A DNA stretch of 64,000 bases from a virus: IMG/VR virus record IMGVR_UViG_3300046003_007336, positions 134,513 through 198,512 of that record. One strand, written 5' to 3'. The notes beneath the pieces are model-generated. The model worked only from the letters and a program-made list of their open reading frames with translations. It made no database searches and was not told the origin of the DNA. The translations under genes and the position numbers were made by a program. This document shows, piece after piece, positions 27,040-36,664 of this stretch (the first letter of the stretch is position 1; each line of letters begins with the position of its first letter).

Positions 27040-27392
27040 TTGATTTCAAACTCCTCGGTCCACATGACCGTCATGTTCTTGTAGGTCACGGTATGGTGGA
27101 GAACCTTCCAGCCAAGGTCGGTGGCGGTGATGAACAGGGTGGGGAACGGCTTGCCCTCCTCCCAGATGTAGTGGCCATAGCGGAACACCTCCGGGTCGCC
27201 CCACGAACCGACGCATTTGTCAGCGTGCGTGCTGCTGCACCGTTTGAGCCGACGCGTCTCCAGCTTCCCCTTCGCGGCGATTTTGTCGAAAATATCCGAC
27301 CCGAATGCCTTGACGGCTTGCTCGCGCGAATACCCCTTCCTCTTTTTAAGGTCGGTGTAGTCGGTGAACAGCGAGGTCTCGGGGATAATCAA
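27036..27392 (-). CDS. hypothetical protein
   Basis: 118 aa; overlapping. Confidence 0.55.
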   Translation of the reverse strand: MIIPETSLFTDYTDLKKRKGYSREQAVKAFGSDIFDKIAAKGKLETRRLKRCSSTHADKCVGSWGDPEVFRYGHYIWEEGKPFPTLFITATDLGWKVLHHTVTYKNMTVMWTEEFEIK

Positions 27393-27673
27393 ATTCGAGC
27401 CCCCATGTAGACCGTAACATTGAAGACGACCGACTTCAGGCCGCGCGTGCCCCCGATGACGGGGAGCGAAAGCGATTCCATACCGCTGAGGGCCACGTAG
27501 CCGACTTCATCCATGACCGGCAGATCGCGCAGCAGGGGGCGCGACGGGATGGCCGAAATCAGGGCGTGAACGTCGTCCATCAGCATGTGGGTGGTGAATG
27601 CGTTCGCGGTCTCGCCGAGGTCTTGTTGAACCCAGTCGGGTCCGCCGACATACTGGAAGGTGACCTTGATCAT
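27389..27673 (-). CDS. hypothetical protein
   Basis: 94 aa. Confidence 0.55.
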   Translation of the reverse strand: MIKVTFQYVGGPDWVQQDLGETANAFTTHMLMDDVHALISAIPSRPLLRDLPVMDEVGYVALSGMESLSLPVIGGTRGLKSVVFNVTVYMGARI

Positions 27674-27674
27674 C

Positions 27675-28046
27675 TTAGAACCTCAGGCTCGGCTTCGTCA
27701 TTCCCTGCGGGGTGATGACGTGGTATTCGTCGTCACCGCCCTCCTCCTGATACCTCAGGACCAGCTTACCCGACGCCATGTGGGCGGCGATCTTCGCGGA
27801 GTCGGTTTCGTCCCAGCATCCCCAGACCGTGATGCCGTTGCGATAGGTGCCGTCCTGCCGGTCGAAGAAAACGACGCCCCCATTCTGGAATTCGATTTCG
27901 ATCAGCCGCTTCGGGTCCGGCCCAACGCGGCTCTCGATGAGTTCGCGGGTGTAGTGGTTCTTCAGGAGCGCGGCGTTCAGCGCGTCGATGTCCTTGAAGA
28001 CCACGTTCTCGCTCTGGTGGACTGACAGTTGGTTTTCGCTCGACAT
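27675..28046 (-). CDS. hypothetical protein
   Basis: 123 aa; GGAG RBS; promoter-like sequence upstream. Confidence 0.65.
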   Translation of the reverse strand: MSSENQLSVHQSENVVFKDIDALNAALLKNHYTRELIESRVGPDPKRLIEIEFQNGGVVFFDRQDGTYRNGITVWGCWDETDSAKIAAHMASGKLVLRYQEEGGDDEYHVITPQGMTKPSLRF

Positions 28047-28102
28047 GCGGGGCTCCGAAAAATGGTTTCCCCAACCTACAGCGAAATTCTATCTTGTAAA
28101 GG

Positions 28103-28136
28103 AAAAACGAAGAAAGGCCCCCGAAGGAGCCTTTCT
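28103..28136 (-). terminator. terminator after gp46-like gene
   Basis: AGAAAGGCTCC-TTCG-GGGGCCTTTCT followed by TCGTTTTT. Confidence 0.85.
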
Positions 28137-28138
28137 CT

Positions 28139-30196
28139 TTAGTTGTGGGCCTCGTCCTGGTCCAATGTAGTAAAACCGTTTTCCTTCCTGACCCACATCG
28201 TTCGGTCGATGCGGCCAACGAGTTCCTCGCGGTGGCTGATGAGGAAGACGTTCTTGCCACGGTCTCGGGCCATCCCCTTCAGAACACCCAGAGCGGCTTC
28301 GGCGCCCTGGCCACACATCCCGGAGTCCATGAGTTCATCCAGCCAAATCAGGTTGATCGACGTGTTCATGCTTTCCCAGACATCGCGGAAGCCCCACGAG
28401 GTCGCCATGATGACGCGGTTCATTTCGCCACGAGAGAGTTGCTCGAAATCGTAGTCCTGGCCCAGGAGGGTGATATCTACGGTGAGGTCAGATTGGAACT
28501 GAACCTCGTGCGGAAGACCAAGCTTGTCGAGGTAGAAATTCAAACGCGAGTTCAGATAGGAGAGGTTCTGGTCGATGATGCGCTTGCGAATGAACGAGTC
28601 CTTTCCGGTCAGGAGCTTCAGAAGGAATTCCTGGTGCTTGAGGAGTTCAGTCAGGTTGTTGATCGGGTCGTAATCGATCACTTGCAAGGCAGCTTTGAGG
28701 TCCGTGACTTGGTTCTCGAAGGGGTTGACGGCTTCGAGTTCCTGTTTGAGATCGCGCTCGATGGCGTCGCGGGCTTGCTTGGTCCGGTAGACGTCGTCGC
28801 GTGACTTGAAGTTTACGTCCGGTTTTTCACCCAGTTCTCCCAAACGATTCAACGTGGTCTCGATGTCGCGAATGATGCGGTCCATTTTGACCTTGCCCGC
28901 CGCGAGTTCAGCGTCCTTGGCGTCGGCCTCGATGAGGAGGTCGGCCTGTCGGGTTTTCTCTTCATCTTTCAGTTGCTCGATCTCGACGAGGACGAGTTCC
29001 GCTTCATCGCGGGCCTGAATGGCTTCAGCGTCTTCGCGGTCGGCCTTGGTGATCAGGTCAGCTTTCTGGGTCTCCAGGTTGGACAGCACGGTTTTGAGGT
29101 GATCGGTGCCCTTCAAACCCTGCCCGCAGCAGACACAGTCAGAGGAATCGCTGGCCAGGATGTCGGCGTCGATCTTCAGAATATCCTTGCGGAGTTTGGT
29201 GGCAGCATTGACGTGACGATCTGCGTAACCGAGTTTGCGGTCATGGTCGGCCATCATGCGCTTCACCTGTGCCTCCACGCCCTGAGCGGCGGATGCTCGT
29301 AGTCGTCGGGCCTCAACCTCCACGGCGGAGAGTTCTCGCTTCAAGAGACTGACCTCGCGTTCGCCACCGTCTAGGGCAGCAGTGAACTCGCGTTCGCGTT
29401 CCATGAAGGCATCAAGAGCATCGAAGAGCTTGATCTCCGCGTCGAAGTCCATGGCTTCCATGAGGGCGAGATCGGCCGTCAGCGTGTCGATGCGGGTTTT
29501 GCTCGTCCGCCCCCATGTATCGAATTTCAGCACGGCCTGCGTGACGGCGTTCTCGATGCGGGAGTTGGCCTCAATGGTGGCATTGATCGATGCGGTCTGG
29601 TCCCGGATGCCGTCCTTGGTCAGCGTGATGAGCTTCTTCAGGACATCGGCCCGCTGACTGATCTGCGTAATGCCGAGCAGTTCTTCGATCACGGCTCGCT
29701 GGTCGCTCACGCTGAGCTTGAGGAAGGGGTCGGTGAAGGTGTTGAGGGCCACGATGTGCTTGAACATCGTGTGCGTCATGCCGAGCAAGCGTTCGATCTC
29801 TTCCTGCGTATGGCGGTTCTCGCCTTGCGCCTCGTCGGTCTCGATCTTGAGTTCCTCGTCATTGCTATAGAGCTTCATGACGTCTGGCTTCTTGCCGCGC
29901 TCGATGCGGTAGGATTTTCCATCCCGTTCGAACTCGATGGTGACCAACATCGCCTTGCCGTTGATGTTGTTGATCAAGTTGGGGATTTTGATCTTCGTCA
30001 GCGGCTTGCCGAACAGAGCGAATGAGATCGCTTGCAGCATGGTGGATTTGCCCGCTCCGTTGCGGGTCGTGCCTCCATTGCTGTCCGTGCTCGAACCCAG
30101 GACCAGAGTCAGTCCAGCATCATCAAGCTTGATAGCCTGCGTGACAGCACCGACGCTGAGGAAGTTCTTCATGGTGACGTTGGTGATCTTGATCAT
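28139..30196 (-). CDS. SbcC/Rad50-like recombination ATPase (T4 gp46-like)
   Basis: MKNFLSVG, Walker A NGAGKST, coiled coil with CVCC hook, LSRGE signature, Walker B IWLDE, ISHR. Confidence 0.95.
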   Translation of the reverse strand: MIKITNVTMKNFLSVGAVTQAIKLDDAGLTLVLGSSTDSNGGTTRNGAGKSTMLQAISFALFGKPLTKIKIPNLINNINGKAMLVTIEFERDGKSYRIERGKKPDVMKLYSNDEELKIETDEAQGENRHTQEEIERLLGMTHTMFKHIVALNTFTDPFLKLSVSDQRAVIEELLGITQISQRADVLKKLITLTKDGIRDQTASINATIEANSRIENAVTQAVLKFDTWGRTSKTRIDTLTADLALMEAMDFDAEIKLFDALDAFMEREREFTAALDGGEREVSLLKRELSAVEVEARRLRASAAQGVEAQVKRMMADHDRKLGYADRHVNAATKLRKDILKIDADILASDSSDCVCCGQGLKGTDHLKTVLSNLETQKADLITKADREDAEAIQARDEAELVLVEIEQLKDEEKTRQADLLIEADAKDAELAAGKVKMDRIIRDIETTLNRLGELGEKPDVNFKSRDDVYRTKQARDAIERDLKQELEAVNPFENQVTDLKAALQVIDYDPINNLTELLKHQEFLLKLLTGKDSFIRKRIIDQNLSYLNSRLNFYLDKLGLPHEVQFQSDLTVDITLLGQDYDFEQLSRGEMNRVIMATSWGFRDVWESMNTSINLIWLDELMDSGMCGQGAEAALGVLKGMARDRGKNVFLISHREELVGRIDRTMWVRKENGFTTLDQDEAHN

Positions 30197-30771
30197 ACAG
30201 GGAATCTCAGTTTGAATTCTATGGCGGTTTTCTCGTCGGTGAAGGCAAAGCCGGTAGCGGTGCGGAAGGCGTAGCCCTTGCTGTTGTGGGCCAGCCACAT
30301 CCACATCTGGGCGAGTTCTTCGGACATGCGGAAGAAACCGTCGCCGTAATCGTTGACAGACGATTCCGCGAAGATGAGCCGGAACTTGCCCGAGGTGGGC
30401 AGGGTCGGCATGTAGGCCCGCTCGGTTGATTGACCGGCAAACTTGGAGCCATACTTGTGGAACCAGCGTAGGAAACGAGTGCGATCTGCCTTCTTGCCGA
30501 ACAGGACAGTGATGTCTGTGAACTTCATTTCAACCAAGGGGGCGGCAGTGCTGAACGACGAAACGAGTTGAAAATTCGTGACGTCGGGGTTTCCGCCCAA
30601 CCAGATTGCGAAATGGAACAGATTGAAGCAACGGTGCGGTTCACCGAGGCCGGGTTGGCGCAGGGACGGTGCGGTCTTTTCTTGAAGGGGAACCGCGTAA
30701 GTAACGCCCCACTCTGACAACCGACCTCTGCTAAGGTTTTCTTCTATCATTGTTGGAGTATAGACGAGCAC
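30193..30771 (-). CDS. hypothetical protein (C-terminal AIEFKLRF motif)
   Basis: 192 aa; ATGA overlap with gp46-like gene. Confidence 0.65.
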   Translation of the reverse strand: MLVYTPTMIEENLSRGRLSEWGVTYAVPLQEKTAPSLRQPGLGEPHRCFNLFHFAIWLGGNPDVTNFQLVSSFSTAAPLVEMKFTDITVLFGKKADRTRFLRWFHKYGSKFAGQSTERAYMPTLPTSGKFRLIFAESSVNDYGDGFFRMSEELAQMWMWLAHNSKGYAFRTATGFAFTDEKTAIEFKLRFPV

Positions 30772-30887
30772 CCCCGAGGAGTCGAAAATCGAAATCGGTT
30801 AACGGAAGATTTCGTTCTCGGCTGTACTTCATCGTTACTTGCGGGAAAACTGCTTGGCAAGAAACGCCAGCGGGGTTAAATAAGCGC

Positions 30888-31391
30888 ATGACCCCTTATC
30901 TGTTTCACGGCACGTCCATCTACGCCATGCTGGAGATTGCCAGCCAGAACCGCGTTGAGGGCGGCCAGAACGATGATTTCCACCACGGCGTCAGCCTGAC
31001 GCGCTCGCTCGATCTGGCGGGCGATTTCGCCAACACCTCCGATGTGATCTGGCGCGACCATATGGGGATTGGCGAAGACCTCCCCGAGACCACGGGGGCC
31101 GTTCTGGTCTTCAGTCGCGAGCTTCTCGAACAGGGCCACGAACTCACCGAGGTGGACTTCTTCGACGACGAGACCCGCGATGAACAGGAAGAGCGCACCA
31201 ACGGCTCCATCGAAGAAGCCTCGACCTACATCGTCGCCATCGTGGTCAACCCGGTGGACCTGGAAACCTATGCGATGATGGCGTCACAGACCGACATGCT
31301 CTCCGACCCCACTGCGGTTATCGCATCGTTGAAGACCAGCGGCCTTATGATCTCGCCCGAGCAGGCATCGGCCAATTTCTCAGAAGCGTGA
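30888..31391 (+). CDS. putative ADP-ribosyltransferase-fold protein
   Basis: LFHGTS, GVSLTRS..LA..FA, EQEE motifs; ATG 5 nt after TAAATA. Confidence 0.55.
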   Translation: MTPYLFHGTSIYAMLEIASQNRVEGGQNDDFHHGVSLTRSLDLAGDFANTSDVIWRDHMGIGEDLPETTGAVLVFSRELLEQGHELTEVDFFDDETRDEQEERTNGSIEEASTYIVAIVVNPVDLETYAMMASQTDMLSDPTAVIASLKTSGLMISPEQASANFSEA

Positions 31392-32120
31392 AACCAGACT
31401 GTAGTGCGTCTCGTTGACTATGCCGATGGAATCGTCCTGCATGGCTAGCTCAAGCATGGCCAGCCGTTTCTTGCGTCCGTTCCAGTGTATCGAGACTGGT
31501 CGGCATTTTAGACCAGACCATTTGTGCTCACACGCTGCGATGTCTTGCCGAGTCTGCACCGGGCCGATCTGATCAGAACCCCCCTTGGCCTGAACAGGGA
31601 CGACGCATTCAACGCCATCTCTATCCCGACCGACGTAAATGTCGTCTATTTCTACTTGACCGATACTCGGTATCTTGGTTCGAAGATGGCTCTGAATACG
31701 ATGGAAAGTTCCATCTAGAAACTTGCTCATCAGTCCATTATCTGCCACCGTGGCGAGAACGGACTGTTCGTCGTTGGTTCTATATTTCTGAACCATCTCT
31801 GGAGAGTTATCTATTACTTGGATTGTCTCGATGGTCTCGTTCGGGAGAATCCGGCACTCGTTGGCGAGGTAGAAACGGTAGAGGGCATCACCGGCTGGTT
31901 TGATAATCCACGTTTTTCCTGCCGGGGCGGTGTTCGTAATATGCGTCGGGAGTTCTTGTCTATACCGATATGAGTAGACGATGTCGCCAAGGTTCTTGGG
32001 CGTTTTTACGTTTTCTACTTGCCCGAGTTCTTCTCGGTCGAAAACAAACTCGGTAGCTCCGGGTGTGTAATGTTTGTAGAACACGGTAGTCATGATGTAA
32101 GAATAGGCACTAACTCTCAT
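31380..32120 (-). CDS. putative PD-(D/E)xK endonuclease
   Basis: EIDDIYVG...VPVQAKG; visibly AT-richer than flanks. Confidence 0.6.
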   Translation of the reverse strand: MRVSAYSYIMTTVFYKHYTPGATEFVFDREELGQVENVKTPKNLGDIVYSYRYRQELPTHITNTAPAGKTWIIKPAGDALYRFYLANECRILPNETIETIQVIDNSPEMVQKYRTNDEQSVLATVADNGLMSKFLDGTFHRIQSHLRTKIPSIGQVEIDDIYVGRDRDGVECVVPVQAKGGSDQIGPVQTRQDIAACEHKWSGLKCRPVSIHWNGRKKRLAMLELAMQDDSIGIVNETHYSLVSRF

Positions 32121-32229
32121 AACCCAATAGTATAGATGGGTTGCGAATACTTCAACTTTTTCTTGATGATTTTTTCGTTGACAAAATAATCCTCGGAGCT
32201 AATTTCAGGGGGCTCAACGAGGAACCCCC

Positions 32230-33078
32230 ATGCTTCAACTTGTCCCCACCGCCACCGCACCGGAAACCGTCCGCTTCTCAGTTCATCGGTTCGATGACCT
32301 CGATACCGCGCCATTCAGCACCGACGACTATTCGCGGATGAAGTTCGGCGCAGACTCCGTGGCGAAACGGTTCGCCAACGAGATGGCCCAGGTCTTCTTC
32401 GATCAGCACCGCGAACTTCTGACCACCCGCTGCGTGGTCCTGCCAGCCCCGGCCACGACGGTTCCGGTGGCCTCGACGATGATGACCCTGCACTTCATCG
32501 ACCGCCTCAATGTCCTGCTCGACCGGGCCGGAATGGAGCCCGTCGAGTGGTCGCACGTCCATCGCAATTTCTCATTCAACGACACCTACGCGTCCGCCGA
32601 CAGCGACACCCGCAAGGAGATGCTGGCCCGCGACCGCACCTTCCTGAACACCGACTACATCGAAAACGCCACGATCATCTTCGTCGATGATGTGGTGATC
32701 ACCGGCGCCCATGAGAACCGCATGGAGGCGTTCGTCCGTGACTGCGGCCTCGTCAATCAGATCGTCCTGGCCGCCTACGCGCGCTATGACGGCGTCGTGG
32801 CCTCCACGGAGATGAAGCTCAACCATGCGCGCATCAAGACGGCGGCCGACATGGTCAGCCTGTCGATGGACGAGCCCGACTTCCGCATCACCACTCGGGG
32901 CGTCCGACTCATGCTCGGAGAACAGCCCCAGCAGTTTGCCTTCCTCCTCAGCGAGGCAAGCTCGGATTTCGTGCGCGAACTCTATCGGTGCGCCATCGTG
33001 AAGGGCTATACCCGTCACGAGCCCTACGCGGCCAATGTTCAGGTTCTGCGGCTGGTCGTGCAGGAAATCGACGGATGA
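32230..33078 (+). CDS. phosphoribosyltransferase-like protein
   Basis: PRPP-binding IIFVDDVVITGAH; TTGACA at 32178-32183; GAGG RBS. Confidence 0.8.
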   Translation: MLQLVPTATAPETVRFSVHRFDDLDTAPFSTDDYSRMKFGADSVAKRFANEMAQVFFDQHRELLTTRCVVLPAPATTVPVASTMMTLHFIDRLNVLLDRAGMEPVEWSHVHRNFSFNDTYASADSDTRKEMLARDRTFLNTDYIENATIIFVDDVVITGAHENRMEAFVRDCGLVNQIVLAAYARYDGVVASTEMKLNHARIKTAADMVSLSMDEPDFRITTRGVRLMLGEQPQQFAFLLSEASSDFVRELYRCAIVKGYTRHEPYAANVQVLRLVVQEIDG

Positions 33079-33380
33079 ACATCGAACTACCCGGCGCCGT
33101 CCTTCCTTCGAACTGGGTTCTAGCGACGATGCCAGCCATCGAACGCCTGCAACCCGGCATCACGGAGAAGGGCGAGGGCTGGGTAGTTCTGGTCGCCCGC
33201 GAACATCGCGACGCCGCGTTCATCACTCAAGAAGAACGCTATCATGAGATGCTCGGGTGGGCACGAGAGAACAACATCGAAATCGACCTCCGCATGATCG
33301 CGCAAGTCGGAGATACATTCTGGAAGGCTGAGGTTGCCACCTACGGCGCCGCCTCCCTGTTCTATTTGAGGTGGTCGTAA
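33075..33380 (+). CDS. hypothetical protein (C-terminal ASLFYLRW motif)
   Basis: ATGA overlap at 33075. Confidence 0.6.
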   Translation: MNIELPGAVLPSNWVLATMPAIERLQPGITEKGEGWVVLVAREHRDAAFITQEERYHEMLGWARENNIEIDLRMIAQVGDTFWKAEVATYGAASLFYLRWS

Positions 33381-33724
33381 TGGCGTCGAAAGCCGAGATT
33401 CAAGAACGCAAAATCCGCAAGGCCGTCATCGCCGCCTTGAAGGAAGTCTCGCGATGGAAAGCCTACAAGGACAAGATCGTGCGCGACGACGGTCTGTGGA
33501 TAAAGGAGGGAGACCATCGCGGCCACGAGGGCGCGACGCTCAATATCGGTTCGCCACATCACCGCGTTCCCCAACTGTACGTCAAACTCCAGCCCCACCG
33601 CCATCGCCAAACGGACCTCACCCGAGACGAACTCACTGACCTGTGGGACAAGATGAAGTTCTCGGAAGAGGGAGAATGTCTGTTGCCCCGGCCGGTCCTG
33701 GGACTGCTCGGGGTGGCCGAATGA
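33380..33724 (+). CDS. hypothetical protein
   Basis: TAATG coupling at 33380. Confidence 0.6.
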   Translation: MASKAEIQERKIRKAVIAALKEVSRWKAYKDKIVRDDGLWIKEGDHRGHEGATLNIGSPHHRVPQLYVKLQPHRHRQTDLTRDELTDLWDKMKFSEEGECLLPRPVLGLLGVAE

Positions 33725-34470
33725 TCATTCTGACCAAGGGGCCCATCGATATGGATGCCCTGCTCGGCACATCGGCGATCAAGCTCAAGAAAGCCCCGAC
33801 GATCAAGGTCGCCGAGACGGAGGCGTCGCCACACACCTTCTACCGTTTCTTCTGGAACAGCGTCACCTTCGAAACGCTGGGCGCGATCATGCACGAGGAC
33901 GACCTCTGCACGTGCAAGCTGGAGCACGACGTCCGCGCCGCCGTGACGTGGCTCAACGACGCCAGATATCGCTATCACCTCCACGAGGACCGCCTAAAGT
34001 TTTCCGAGAAAGTTTCGGAAGAGGATTGGTCCCGCGTCAATCGCTATTGGAGCGATTACCGGGAGTGGCCCGGTAGTACGATTTCCAACTATGCCGACTA
34101 CGGTGCACAACTCAACCGCAGCCTGAACCGCGATGAGAAGACGAAAAACTGGGAGACCCAGCATCTCTTCCTCTACATCTACGATCTCAAGACGGCCGAA
34201 CGTTTCGCCAAAAAGTTTGGCATGACGTTCACCGAGGAAGAGATTCCGTGGAACCCGGCGCCGAAGCCTGTCCCGGCACCCGTGTTCGTCCACGGTGACC
34301 TCGACCATAGCGGTTGCGTCACCCCCACGCCTGCGGTGTCGCCAGGATGGCAGTTCGCCTCGCCGACGATTGACACCCAGAGTGCCGAACCGCCGACGAG
34401 GCGTTGGTTGTCCAAAATGTTGTTCGGAAACCCTGGTACGTCTGACGAAGTTGGGCGCCGGAGGCTTTAG
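33721..34470 (+). CDS. hypothetical protein
   Basis: ATGA overlap at 33721. Confidence 0.6.
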   Translation: MIILTKGPIDMDALLGTSAIKLKKAPTIKVAETEASPHTFYRFFWNSVTFETLGAIMHEDDLCTCKLEHDVRAAVTWLNDARYRYHLHEDRLKFSEKVSEEDWSRVNRYWSDYREWPGSTISNYADYGAQLNRSLNRDEKTKNWETQHLFLYIYDLKTAERFAKKFGMTFTEEEIPWNPAPKPVPAPVFVHGDLDHSGCVTPTPAVSPGWQFASPTIDTQSAEPPTRRWLSKMLFGNPGTSDEVGRRRL

Positions 34471-35507
34471 AGGTCGGGCAGAGACCGATAGATTTCCACG
34501 AGCTTGTCCGGCTTCATGGTTGGGCTCTGAACGGACAGGAGACCATCGACGACGATCTGATCGACCGATTGGAAGATCACCTCCTCGTTGAACTCCTGGA
34601 CGCCGTAGTCACGCGGCGCATGGATGAGTTCGATCTTCCGCAGGCTGTGGCTCTGGACGAACGTCTCCTTGATGAGTTGGGCTTCCTCGTAGGAGATGTC
34701 GATGTCCAGCGTGCAGCGCGCGGTCAGCTTGGGCTTCAGCATCCGCTCGGTGTCGTTTAGGAGTTGGCTGAGCGTGAAGGTGCGGAACAGAGGCTGGTCC
34801 GGCCACGCCTTGAACTCGGGCTCCTTGCCCCATTCGAGGAACATCATGCCCCGGTCTTCGTCCCATGAGTCCGCGAAGTTGAACGGGAACGGGTTGCCGG
34901 TATAGATGACCTTGCCCTTCGCCTGACGGAAGTGGAAGTGGCCCGAGAACACGTATTCGGTCTCGTTGATGGAATCGAAGTCTTCGGCCTCAATGCCGAC
35001 GCCGCTGTGCGGCATTGGAACCTTGGCGTTCATCATGAAGCCGGGCAGTTCCAGGTGGCCGAAGACGTAGCGGGATTTGACCGACTTCATCATCTTGTGC
35101 TCATCGCCGACCAGCCACGGCAGAACCGTCACGCCACCAATCGTAGTGGGCTCGCGGATGACGTTGATGTTCGGCAGATGGCGGGCGAACTCGATGGAGG
35201 AGATGTCGCGCTTGTTCCGATACAGGAGATCGTGGTTGCCCGGAATCCAGATCACCTGCTTGAAGGCGTCGTTGAGCTTTTGCATGCCCTCAAGGCTGTA
35301 GTGCATCGTCGAGACGTGCAGGGAGTGGCGGTTGTCGTGCCAGTCCCCGAGCATCAGACAGGTTTCGGCACCCCAGGTCCGGGCCTCTTCAATGAACCAG
35401 TCGATGAAATCGAGGTTGTCCTGATTGGCCACCGGGCTATTGCCGGTGCGGCCGAAGTGAATGTCAGTAAGGGTGACGGCCTTCTTGAATAGTTGGTCCA
35501 TGTCCAC
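34467..35507 (-). CDS. SbcD/Mre11-like nuclease (T4 gp47-like)
   Basis: DIHFG, GDWHD, GNHD, GHLE, GHFH phosphoesterase motifs. Confidence 0.95.
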   Translation of the reverse strand: MDMDQLFKKAVTLTDIHFGRTGNSPVANQDNLDFIDWFIEEARTWGAETCLMLGDWHDNRHSLHVSTMHYSLEGMQKLNDAFKQVIWIPGNHDLLYRNKRDISSIEFARHLPNINVIREPTTIGGVTVLPWLVGDEHKMMKSVKSRYVFGHLELPGFMMNAKVPMPHSGVGIEAEDFDSINETEYVFSGHFHFRQAKGKVIYTGNPFPFNFADSWDEDRGMMFLEWGKEPEFKAWPDQPLFRTFTLSQLLNDTERMLKPKLTARCTLDIDISYEEAQLIKETFVQSHSLRKIELIHAPRDYGVQEFNEEVIFQSVDQIVVDGLLSVQSPTMKPDKLVEIYRSLPDL

Positions 35508-35582
35508 ATGATCTAGAATGTAGACCAGAGATTACACCACCGGGGAGCCGGGGTGCAAATAACATGCGGACTAAATAGTCCC

Positions 35583-36149
35583 ATGACCAAGGTAAACAAC
35601 GCCGTCGCGATCACTGGTGGAAACCACAAGGGTGATCGCCACGTAGACGACTTCTACCCCACCACACCCGAGTGCGTGTATTCCTTTCTGGCGTTGGAGC
35701 GTGATCACCTCAAGGGCATGAAAATTCTTGAGCCCTGCTGCGGCGACGGGGCGATTTCGAAAATCCTCATCCAGGAAGGGTTCGAGGTCGAGAGTGCGGA
35801 CCTGTTCGACCGGGGCTACGGAGAGGTCGGGAAGGACTTCCTGTGGACGATGGAGACGTCGTGTCAGGCTCTGATCACCAACCCGCCGTTCAAGCTCGCG
35901 GAGGCGTTCATCTACCACGCTCTGGAGGTGCTGGAGGTCGAGTATATGGCCATGCTGTTGAAATCTCAGTATTGGCACGCCAAGGGACGCTCCGCCCTAT
36001 TCGCGAAGCATCCCCCGGCAGTCGTCTACCCGATGACGTGGCGCCCGGATTTCCTCGGCAAGGGTTCGCCGACCATGGACTGTCAGTGGACGGTCTGGCG
36101 AAAGTCTGACGTCAAGGGCACGCTGTATCAACCGATGATGAAGGTCTAG
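35583..36149 (+). CDS. DNA amino-(N6-adenine/N4-cytosine) methyltransferase
   Basis: DFYPTTP, LEPCCGDG SAM motif, ITNPPF; ATG 5 nt after TAAATA. Confidence 0.85.
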   Translation: MTKVNNAVAITGGNHKGDRHVDDFYPTTPECVYSFLALERDHLKGMKILEPCCGDGAISKILIQEGFEVESADLFDRGYGEVGKDFLWTMETSCQALITNPPFKLAEAFIYHALEVLEVEYMAMLLKSQYWHAKGRSALFAKHPPAVVYPMTWRPDFLGKGSPTMDCQWTVWRKSDVKGTLYQPMMKV

Positions 36150-36664
36150 GCGCGGAACTGTTTCCCTTCGCGCTGTAGGAAGTTGTTTACGTCGTTTCGA
36201 GTCAACGTGCGGCCGGGGAACTTGGCGTTGACGGCGCGGCATATGTCGTCGATCTTGACTTTCTGAGATGCGTTCGCCAACTCGATGATCAGATGCTTCT
36301 GGTCCAGGTTGAGCGGGGCGACTGGGCCACTATCTTCGACCAGTTTGTCCAGCCTAATGAACTGTTTGTGGGGAGCTTCTCCGTGGACTTTATATTGGCT
36401 GATCGTCCCGTGGCTGAGACCAAGTTGAACTTCGACCAGGGAATGCCAGTTCTTGTTTTTCTTGAGTTTCTGGGTAGCTTTCTTCTCAAAATCGTTGAAT
36501 GAGACCATCCCCTCGGCTTCGTGGGCTATGTGGTGTTCATCCAACATCTCGGTCAGGCGTTCGATCTCCGAGCGGGCGTCGGCGAGTTCTCTGGCCTGCT
36601 GTGTATTCAGTCGCAGCAAGTCGTTCAAGTTCTTCTCGAACTGAGAGATGACTTTGTCGGTCAT
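36146..36664 (-). CDS. hypothetical protein, possible HTH
   Basis: 172 aa; coiled-coil N-terminus. Confidence 0.6.
   Translation of the reverse strand: MTDKVISQFEKNLNDLLRLNTQQARELADARSEIERLTEMLDEHHIAHEAEGMVSFNDFEKKATQKLKKNKNWHSLVEVQLGLSHGTISQYKVHGEAPHKQFIRLDKLVEDSGPVAPLNLDQKHLIIELANASQKVKIDDICRAVNAKFPGRTLTRNDVNNFLQREGKQFRA

Noticed and set aside
28400-28450. LSRGE instead of LSGGE in the Rad50-like signature
   Set aside because: All other ATPase motifs are intact; treated as a family variant, not inactivation
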